Of a stretch of 59,677 bases of DNA, positions 33,292-39,868 are shown piece after piece. The stretch lies in the IMG/VR virus record IMGVR_UViG_3300029581_000014. One strand, 5' to 3'. Both the position numbers and the translations under genes were made by a program. How positions within the stretch are numbered: position 1 is the first letter of the stretch; the number at the start of each line of letters is the position of its first letter. The notes beneath the pieces are model-generated. The model made no database searches. It had not been told where the DNA came from and saw only the letters and a program-made list of their open reading frames with translations. This DNA is from a virus.

Positions 33292-33382
33292 TTGCTTTTA
33301 CCTTTTCACCCGTGTTATAATATGGGTGCCTTTCTTTTTGGGTGCCGCTCGGAAGTCTTGCAGGATGCCGGGCGGCTTTTTT
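33292..33382 (+). ncRNA. Candidate short plus-strand transcript: TTGCTT-18-TATAAT (TG-extended) and terminator gccgctcgg/ccgggcggc + T6
   Basis: Read directly. It would be antisense to the leader/promoter of the 33290 gene. The ttataatatgggt box is shared with 30027-30040. Confidence 0.3.
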
Positions 33383-33528
33383 ATTTGTTGAGATAACTAT
33401 AACAGATATAAGGCACAAAAGAAAGATGTAATAATATACAAATATAAGGCACAAAATAAGTTCTTTTGTTGTGCAAAATATATAAGGCACAAAAAACATG
33501 ATTATATTATAGTAGATAAAAAATAATA

Positions 33529-33557
33529 TTGACATATAAGGCACAAACAAATATAAT
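33529..33557 (+). promoter_or_regulatory. Promoter TTGACA-17-TATAAT with an iteron in the spacer
   Basis: -35 at 33529-33534 and -10 at 33552-33557. Confidence 0.65.
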
Positions 33558-33588
33558 AAAGATACATTTATATAAGGAGGTGCAAACA

Positions 33589-33780
33589 ATGGAGCGAAAA
33601 ACTACAGATGCAACAAGAAAAGCGATTTACAAATACGACAACAAATTTGAACGGGTGAATTGCCGTTTTGCAACTGGCACAAAAGACCGCATCAATAAAT
33701 TAGGTTATAAGAGTGTAAATGATTTTATAAAATTAGCTGTTGCGGAAAAACTGGAGCATGACGAAAAAATATTAAAATAA
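33589..33780 (+). CDS. Small RHH-like DNA-binding protein (63 aa)
   Basis: Internal ATG with SD aaggaggtg. 'RVNCRFATGTKDRINKLGYKSVNDFIKLAVAEKL'. Confidence 0.55.
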   Translation: MERKTTDATRKAIYKYDNKFERVNCRFATGTKDRINKLGYKSVNDFIKLAVAEKLEHDEKILK

Positions 33781-33794
33781 GGCACAAAAACATA

Positions 33795-33823
33795 TTGACA
33801 TATAAGGCACAAAATGCTATAGT
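33795..33823 (+). promoter_or_regulatory. Promoter TTGACA-17-TATAGT with an iteron in the spacer
   Basis: -35 at 33795-33800 and -10 at 33818-33823. Confidence 0.6.
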
Positions 33824-33923
33824 GATATCACGATATCAAACAAGTGATATCACACTAATGATGTCATGATATCACACAAATGATATCACAAAAAAACTAA
33901 TGATATCACATAAATGATATCAC
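33823..33923. repeat. Array of six perfect TGATATCAC sites plus two degenerate ones in the leader of the 33943 gene
   Basis: Starts at 33823, 33845, 33867, 33881, 33901 and 33915 (spacings 22, 22, 14, 20, 14). Degenerate copies at 33831 and 33859. Confidence 0.9.
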
Positions 33924-33942
33924 AAGAAAAGGAGGTGCTAAA

Positions 33943-34395
33943 ATGGCGGAAACATTTAACCAAATGATTAGATTCCCGAAAGACCTAGAACCGCAGATCA
34001 AAGCGCAAGCAGAAAAGAACGGTGAAAGCGTCAACCAGTTTGTTATAGGTGCCGTGATTGCAGCATTGCAACCAGTACAGCCGCAGGCAGTGACAGGACA
34101 ACCGAAAGAAGCACCCGTGACAGGCTCTAAAAGCCCCATAGACGAGAAAATCGCACTCATGCAGGCAAATGAACGGTTACACGCTTTACAAGCCAAAACA
34201 GCGGCAGAAAGAGCCGCTAGAGAGCACGGAGAAGTTGCACCAGTCGTTAAACATCCTCCAAAATGGGCGGGCTTACCCGGACAGCGGCCAGACGAAAGTA
34301 ATGTTGAATGGGTAGAACGCAAGAGGAAAGAAGCGGAAGAAATTTATAAGCAAGGTATGGAACGAATACAAAGAGAAAAGGAGCAGAAAGCATGA
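33943..34395 (+). CDS. RHH (Arc/ParG/omega-like) N-terminal domain protein with a charged tail (150 aa)
   Basis: SD aaaaggaggtg. 'MIRFPKDLEPQIKAQAEKNGESVNQFVIGAV'. GC-richer than the surroundings. Confidence 0.55.
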   Translation: MAETFNQMIRFPKDLEPQIKAQAEKNGESVNQFVIGAVIAALQPVQPQAVTGQPKEAPVTGSKSPIDEKIALMQANERLHALQAKTAAERAAREHGEVAPVVKHPPKWAGLPGQRPDESNVEWVERKRKEAEEIYKQGMERIQREKEQKA

Positions 34396-34694
34396 AAGGA
34401 ACACCAGAGCAGATCACAGCAAAGAAAGCCGCCCGGATCCGGTCAAATGTCCGGCAGTTCTTCCGGTACTACCGGGAGCAACTGGAAAACGTGGAATCCG
34501 AACGGCTGAAAGAATTTAACCGGGCAGAACTCCAAGCACTGGAAGATGTGCAAGCGGAAACACTCCAAGCACTGGAGAGTATGACAGATTTGGAGTTATT
34601 GTCCAGTAAGACCGCATACGGTGACAGGGTATTAATCGACCGGATCACAGCAAGAGCGGAACGGATCAGAAGAACAGAAAGAGCAACAGCATAA
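34392..34694 (+). CDS. Hypothetical protein (100 aa)
   Basis: Track ORF with an ATGA overlap. Confidence 0.55.
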   Translation: MKGTPEQITAKKAARIRSNVRQFFRYYREQLENVESERLKEFNRAELQALEDVQAETLQALESMTDLELLSSKTAYGDRVLIDRITARAERIRRTERATA

Positions 34695-34703
34695 ACAGGA
34701 ATT

Positions 34704-34730
34704 AAGCAGGTGTAAAAGCCTGCTTTTCTT
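34704..34730 (+). terminator. Terminator aagcagg/cctgctt + T-run
   Basis: A 7-bp stem followed by ttttctt. Confidence 0.6.
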
Positions 34731-34765
34731 GATCTATTTTCACTGCGTTGTTTTAACGTGCTAAA

Positions 34766-34798
34766 TTTTGTAGACAAATTGTAGACAAATTGTAGACG
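34766..34798. repeat. Three tandem 11-bp units (A/T)(A/T)TTGTAGAC(A/G)
   Basis: ttttgtagaca-aattgtagaca-aattgtagacg, in the 660-bp non-coding region before terS. Confidence 0.85.
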
Positions 34799-35093
34799 CA
34801 GATAAGATTAAATAAGATTAGATTAAATAAAAGGAGATAAGATAAAAGTAAATAAAAGCAGAAAGACATTGTATAACCAAGTATATATAAATACTAGAGC
34901 CGACCGGCTGCCACCATGTACCCATCTGCAAAAATCACCTGTCTGTCTGTCAAATAACCCCATTTATCAAATTTAACTGTATGATATTTTTTAATCGCAT
35001 GATTTTTATTTGCTCAGGATCACCGGCAGACCTACCACCATAACAAATCGTCAAATGCGTAAAAGGTTGTTGTAGATTTATAAATAGCACTTA

Positions 35094-35253
35094 TGGTATG
35101 ATAAAAGCAGTTAGGGAGCCGACGTTAATACGGTGCGAGTGACAGCGGTACAAATCCACCCCCCTCTGGATATACAGCCGCCCAGATTGTAACCAAGACC
35201 ACCGGAGCCGACAGACCGGAAACGATCAGAAGTCACTAGCTGATCACTTTTTT
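35094..35253 (+). promoter_or_regulatory. Late-operon promoter (TG-extended TATGAT, 35094..35102) plus structured leader RNA ending in intrinsic terminator GATCAG/CTGATC + T6 (35224..35253)
   Basis: Paralog of the Rha leader. The closing helix CGGUG (35131-35135) / CACCG (35200-35204) corresponds to UCCGG/CCGGA in the other copy, so the changes are compensatory. Confidence 0.55.
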
Positions 35254-35355
35254 AGATTTATGTTTTACTGATACACGTTGAGGAGATCAAAAAAACATGG
35301 GTTTATTAAGTGACGCCTAGTGATTTTTTATGCAGATTTTTAGGAGGTGCAGAGC

Positions 35356-36027
35356 ATGGAAAAAGTCGAAAACACAGAAACATCCCAGGTATATGAAAAT
35401 GACATGGAATTATACCTATCCCAGTTCTGCAAGGATCAGAAAATCGAGGATATTAGACAAGAGTCTCAAAGCGTCTGGAATGCTGCTCTTATGTATATTA
35501 AACGTCATGCATTTAATGAGCCTGATTGTCTCAAGTCTAAATCCCTTGTAAATACTACTGGATCATTTACAGGTGGAGTTAGTAACTATAACGCTTATAA
35601 CTATGATTTAGTTAACCGTATATGTGATTATTATATATATATGTGTATGATGTATGATAAAGAGGTATCAGCTATAGGATTTAGCTTATTAACAGGTATA
35701 GACAGATATACAATAGCTACATGGAGAGATGAGGGGACTAAATTAAGTCCATCGTGTTCTGACATCGGCAAAAAGATATCGGATTTCCGTGAAGAGTCTT
35801 TAAGCGCAAAACTTGCCACAGCAAAGCGCAACCCTGTAGGGATCCTGGCAATATTAAACCGTCACTACGGTTGGAACCTTCCAGGAGTATCGAGAGAGCA
35901 GCAGAACCACAAGCAAGCGTTGACTGCTTCGGATTTGCCACAGTTAGGCGGCACAAATGGACAAAATACATCAATGTTGACCAATTCCGGAGCGTATGAC
36001 GATAATACATCAGATGCAAATAAGTAG
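35356..36027 (+). CDS. terS: Terminase small subunit
   Basis: ATG 6 nt after aggaggtg. Its position and HTH-like 'IGFSLLTGIDRYTIATWRDEG' support the call. Confidence 0.6.
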   Translation: MEKVENTETSQVYENDMELYLSQFCKDQKIEDIRQESQSVWNAALMYIKRHAFNEPDCLKSKSLVNTTGSFTGGVSNYNAYNYDLVNRICDYYIYMCMMYDKEVSAIGFSLLTGIDRYTIATWRDEGTKLSPSCSDIGKKISDFREESLSAKLATAKRNPVGILAILNRHYGWNLPGVSREQQNHKQALTASDLPQLGGTNGQNTSMLTNSGAYDDNTSDANK

Positions 36028-36229
36028 CAACAAGTGCGGAAACGTGCGTAAATGCAGGATAGTTAAGGATGTGTCAATAAAGACTGCGTGAAAGATTAGT
36101 TTAACGCATAGTTGAAAAGAAACATAGCACACCGGGGGAGGGGGTCTGACAGGACGAGCGAACAGCCCCTACTTAGTCCCTCAAATTTCCTCAAAAATAA
36201 AAAGACCTTTATCCAGAAAGGAGACCTAG

Positions 36230-36691
36230 ATGCCAGATAATGTAAATCACCCCAGTCATTATGAGACAGGGAAATATGAGTGCATAGATGTAATGATTGA
36301 GACGCAGGGGATTGAAGCTGTGAAGAACTTCTGCATCTGCAATGCTTTTAAATATCTTTACCGGCATGAGAATAAAAACGGTGTAGAGGATGTGAGGAAA
36401 GCTAAGTGGTACCTGGACAAGTATTTGGAACTGGTTGAATCAGACAAAGAAAAGCTAAAGAAATCTTTTGAAAACTTAGAAAGAAGCATTGAGAATATTC
36501 AAAAAAATTGGAAAATACCGCCAAATATTGAAATTGCTATACCGCTTTGCAAACATGAATCTGAAACATACAATGATGAAAAAGTTTCTGTGGAAGAGGA
36601 TTTAAGTAAAGTTGCAACAATTCCTACGTTAGATGCAGGATCAAGGGCGCATAATCCACAAACTGCTAAGAATTTTGCAACTTCTGTATGA
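36230..36691 (+). CDS. DUF3310-family protein
   Basis: 'VNHPSHYETGKYECIDVMIE...CICNAFKYLYRHENKNGVEDVRKAKWYLDKYLEL'. Confidence 0.7.
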   Translation: MPDNVNHPSHYETGKYECIDVMIETQGIEAVKNFCICNAFKYLYRHENKNGVEDVRKAKWYLDKYLELVESDKEKLKKSFENLERSIENIQKNWKIPPNIEIAIPLCKHESETYNDEKVSVEEDLSKVATIPTLDAGSRAHNPQTAKNFATSV

Positions 36692-36714
36692 ATTTACAAT
36701 GATCGAGGTCACTT

Positions 36715-37116
36715 ATGCAGATCTACGGAAAAGAGATTAAAGATGAATGTTCAAAATGTGGTGAAGTGCTGCAATGCGAATTGTTTCTGCAAGGTCACGG
36801 AATTAAGAGAGACCGTGAGAATGTTACGGAAATGGTTAGCTGTCAGATGGAGCACCAAAAGAGCAGGCTTGATAAAGAGCCTAAAAAAGATTTGCCAGTT
36901 AAGGAGAAATGCGAATTGCCACCGGAGATTAAAGAGATTTACACAGAGGTTTGGAAAATTCATAAAGAGTACGCTAATCCGAAAACGGATGATGACTGGT
37001 CGTATCTTATTCGGCAAGGCAATCTGCTGATTAAAATGCACAACAATAGCCAGTTTGCTAAAGCACTGGTAATGGCAATGATAGATGAAATTGAAGGAAG
37101 GACGAAGAAAAAATGA
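36715..37116 (+). CDS. Hypothetical protein (133 aa)
   Basis: Track ORF. Confidence 0.55.
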   Translation: MQIYGKEIKDECSKCGEVLQCELFLQGHGIKRDRENVTEMVSCQMEHQKSRLDKEPKKDLPVKEKCELPPEIKEIYTEVWKIHKEYANPKTDDDWSYLIRQGNLLIKMHNNSQFAKALVMAMIDEIEGRTKKK

Positions 37117-37340
37117 AAATTTTTATTCCGTTTATTGATGGATTATTCAGAATGTTGTGTTCCATTTTTGCTTTTTCTATTGCAATGACGATGGCGGATA
37201 TGTTTTGGCAGTGTAATGATATAAAAACCAGGTTCATTTATTTTATCTGTTTTATTATCAATGCGATTACGGTTTGGTTTATTTGGGAAAAGAAAATACT
37301 GAAATTACAGAATCTTATTGATAAAGGAGAAAAGAAATGA
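37113..37340 (+). CDS. Small membrane protein (75 aa)
   Basis: Track ORF with an ATGA overlap and two hydrophobic segments. Confidence 0.55.
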   Translation: MKIFIPFIDGLFRMLCSIFAFSIAMTMADMFWQCNDIKTRFIYFICFIINAITVWFIWEKKILKLQNLIDKGEKK

Positions 37341-37501
37341 TTGGATTAATGATTTTAAAAATAATGACAACGTTGGTATTGACAGTTTTAGCAATATCTG
37401 CTTTATGGTATGCTCCAAAACAGAAAACGGCATCAGACGGAGTTATTTTATTTGCGTTCGCAATGTTCCTTGCATTTGGAATAACTTTCGCGTGGGTATA
37501 G
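37337..37501 (+). CDS. Small membrane protein (54 aa)
   Basis: ATGA overlap. Translation MIGLMILKIMTTLVLTVLAISALWY...ILFAFAMFLAFGITFAWV. Confidence 0.45.
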   Translation: MIGLMILKIMTTLVLTVLAISALWYAPKQKTASDGVILFAFAMFLAFGITFAWV

Positions 37502-37805
37502 CCTATGTGGTTACCGGAGATTATGCGAATTATCCCATATCACAATTTTGAATGGGTTAAATTCATAAAGCCATTGTTATTGCCGAATATCCGGTGTTGT
37601 GTTGGCATTGGATATGTGGCAGAGAAATCAAGGCATCAAGAGTGTATGTAGCCTGTGTGTGGGAAACGAAAAATGAAATAATGCGTTCGACAACACTAAG
37701 TTTTACAGAGTACCGTACACAGGCGTGACAATTTTTTAGATAAAGCAATATAGGGTGTTTCACGAAAAAATAATCCGGGAGCAGATGGTCTCTCTCCCGG
37801 AGTTT

Positions 37806-37876
37806 AGGGCTATCGCCAAGCGGTAAGGCACAGCACTTTGACTGCTGCATCCCAGGTCCGAATCCTGGTAGTCCTG
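37806..37876 (+). tRNA. tRNA-Gln(TTG): tRNA-Gln (anticodon TTG)
   Basis: Hand-folded cloverleaf. Acceptor AGGGCTA/TAGTCCT, anticodon arm CAGCA-CTTTGAC-TGCTG, T-arm CCAGG-TCCGAAT-CCTGG. No encoded CCA. Confidence 0.8.
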
Positions 37877-38289
37877 TTTCGCAGATGTTTTCTTCTTTCG
37901 GTCTTTGCCATCTGCGAATTGTCTTCCATACTTTTCCATTGGAGACACTCCTTTCACCTCATAGCGGAATGCTGTTAAGAGCCGTCGCAAGGCTCGTGAG
38001 GGTTTAACCGGTTTATGATAGCCCGGTTTTTGCGGAATACCGTTGTAGGTTTTAATCCGTGGGTTGTCAGTAAAGACATTAAAATCCTGCACTACCCTTG
38101 CAGACATAAAATGGGTGTAGTCGGACAGAATCGGATTATGTAGGGTGCAACTCCCTACACGACTATGTGTCCGGTTTGCTACCGGATAGAGTGTTGGTGG
38201 CAGAATCCCACTTGAATCAAAAAAATGCCGTAAGTGTTGTTTGGTGTCCGAACCTTAAATGTCGGCAGACAGCTTGCGGAATTGCACAT

Positions 38290-38363
38290 TGTGACGTAGC
38301 GCAAATGGAGAGAGCAACAGTCTTCTAAGCTGTGTGGTATGGGTTCGAGTCCCTTCGTCACAA
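38290..38363 (+). tRNA. tRNA-Arg(TCT): tRNA-Arg (anticodon TCT)
   Basis: Acceptor TGTGACG/CGTCACA, anticodon arm ACAGT-CTTCTAA-GCTGT, T-loop TTCGAGT (one T-stem mismatch). Confidence 0.7.
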
Positions 38364-38521
38364 TGGGTGTTGTTGCAAGTACACTCCGAGTATGCTTATT
38401 ACAGAAGCATAGGGGATAAATACACCGGTTAATGTTTATCTCATGGGAACTTGATGGAGCCGCTTGCGGCTGACTAAAAAATCCTTGGGTGGGAGATAAC
38501 CAAGTAAAAAACCTCCCGACT

Positions 38522-38604
38522 GCAGATATGGTGTAATGGTATCACAGTAGCTTGCTAAGCTATCCAGCAGAAATGCTGTCAAGGTTCAAATCCTTGTATC
38601 TGCG
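38522..38604 (+). tRNA. tRNA-Ser(GCT): tRNA-Ser (anticodon GCT), class II with a long variable arm
   Basis: Acceptor GCAGATA/TATCTGC, anticodon arm GTAGC-TTGCTAA-GCTAT, variable arm CCAGCAGAAATGCTGTC, T-arm CAAGG-TTCAAAT-CCTTG. Confidence 0.75.
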
Positions 38605-38673
38605 TTTATCTTTATCTCCACTTAGTCTGGCACTACTGCAATAGTTCAGGTCGATGGGAGATGTATGGATAGT

Positions 38674-38781
38674 AGTTGCTCATTATCGGTTAACGAAAAA
38701 CACTTCTGTGAGTAGAATTTGCAGATTCAAAAGCAGTCGAGCCTTGTTTGGGTCGGGTGGGTTCGACTCCCACGGCAACTA
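38674..38781 (+). ncRNA. 108-nt tRNA-like element with a canonical T-arm and acceptor stem but no recognisable anticodon arm
   Basis: Acceptor AGTTGCT/GGCAACT (extendable to about 10 bp) and T-arm GTGGG-TTCGACT-CCCAC. The interior does not fold as a standard cloverleaf by hand. Confidence 0.4.
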
Positions 38782-38940
38782 TTCCCTGTCTAAAACGTAA
38801 GCCACATACGATTAGCGAAAACCAAGCCTATGAAGTAGAGAACAGACAAGACTGTGAGATTGTGGATAGTCAGTGACAAGTAGGCGGTGCACATTTGGTT
38901 ATGGCAAGCGCAAGCCATAAAAAGTTTTACGGTGCGATTC

Positions 38941-39013
38941 CCATGTATAGCTTCAGTGGTAGAACAGCATCCGCATAGGATGTGTGCCGGCGGTTCGATT
39001 CCGTCTGCATGGG
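38941..39013 (+). tRNA. tRNA-Met(CAT): tRNA-Met-like (anticodon CAT) with an unusual G33
   Basis: Acceptor CCATGTA/TGCATGG, anticodon arm GCATC-CGCATAG-GATGT, T-arm GGCGG-TTCGATT-CCGTC. Confidence 0.6.
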
Positions 39014-39029
39014 TTACGGAGGATATGAT

Positions 39030-39320
39030 ATGAAACATGAAAAGGAATGGTACACCTGTGATCGGTGTGGATCTGAAATAAAAATGATGCCGGAAAGAAG
39101 AACTTTTTTAACAAGGAAAGTGATTACATCAGCAGAATTTAATATGAGATTTGCAAATGTAACAGGATATGTTGCTGATACTGAACTTATATCTCCGTTA
39201 CTTATGGCAGTTCAAATTAAAGAAATATGCGACGTTGGATACAAAGACTTTCATTTGTGCCCTAAATGTCGGAAAAAGTTTGAGGAGTGGATGAAAAATG
39301 AGTATGACAGCAGTAATTGA
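39030..39320 (+). CDS. Zinc-ribbon protein (96 aa)
   Basis: Internal ATG after acggagga. 'CDRCGSE...CPKCRKK'. Confidence 0.55.
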   Translation: MKHEKEWYTCDRCGSEIKMMPERRTFLTRKVITSAEFNMRFANVTGYVADTELISPLLMAVQIKEICDVGYKDFHLCPKCRKKFEEWMKNEYDSSN

Positions 39321-39594
39321 GAGAATAGAACGTGATGCGTTTCGACAGGTCACACCTAAAAACATCGGTAATATTGAAGATATAAAAATTGAATGTACAA
39401 CACTGGGAGAAGAGCCGATTGTCGTGGCAGATACAAAGGAAGACGAGGAAACTTTGAAAAAATGTTTTTATGTAAAACTGTCCGAACATCGTTGTAGCAA
39501 ATGCAACCGCCTGTTAGGCAAATTCAACGGACAGGCTGAAATCAAATGTCCGAAGTGTGGGAAAATCAATAGAATTGGGGTGAATCGGGAATGA
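39298..39594 (+). CDS. Protein with a C-terminal Com-like zinc ribbon (98 aa)
   Basis: 'RCSKCNRLLGKFNGQAEIKCPKCGKINRI' resembles the Mu Com fold. Confidence 0.5.
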   Translation: MSMTAVIERIERDAFRQVTPKNIGNIEDIKIECTTLGEEPIVVADTKEDEETLKKCFYVKLSEHRCSKCNRLLGKFNGQAEIKCPKCGKINRIGVNRE

Positions 39595-39785
39595 AAATTA
39601 TAAAACGACACAAATTAGTAGCACCGACCAAAATATTAACCTGCGATAAATGCGGTTCGATATTTGAGTTCGAGAAAAGAGAATGCGATGCAACTGACAT
39701 AATGGGTGTAATGCATGATGGTCTTGGCAGTTACAATATCAAGTGCCCTGTATGTGGGAAACGGTCGTATTTTGATTGGAAGTAA
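39591..39785 (+). CDS. Zinc-ribbon small protein (64 aa)
   Basis: 'CDKCGS...CPVCGK', with an ATGA overlap. Confidence 0.55.
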   Translation: MKIIKRHKLVAPTKILTCDKCGSIFEFEKRECDATDIMGVMHDGLGSYNIKCPVCGKRSYFDWK

Positions 39786-39868
39786 ACTGAATATTTAGAG
39801 CACCAGTCGTAGAGTGCCTACGCAGAGAGCCAAATTTCCAAAATTTTAGGGAAGGAGGCTCTTTTATA

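Larger units (their letters stand above)
33407..33814. repeat. Six dispersed copies of TATAAGGCACAAA(A) around the 33589 RHH gene
   Basis: Copies at 33407, 33443, 33481, 33535, 33777 and 33801. Copies 4 and 6 fill the 17-bp spacers of two TTGACA promoters. Confidence 0.85.

Noticed and set aside
33823-33923. Possible CRISPR array formed by the regularly spaced TGATATCAC repeats.
   Set aside because: The repeats are only 9 bp long with 5-13 bp between them, and no cas genes are present. The spacing and the palindromic core fit protein-binding iterons.
37760-38107. 115-aa minus-strand ORF in the tRNA island.
   Set aside because: It has no SD, and its 3' third runs antisense through the well-folded tRNA-Gln. 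The composition is not protein-like. It is treated as non-coding.
38364-38432. Val-like anticodon stem-loop (ATGCTT-ATTACAG-AAGCAT) suggesting a fifth tRNA.
   Set aside because: No T-arm or proper D-arm could be folded around it, and the acceptor pairing is only 5 bp.
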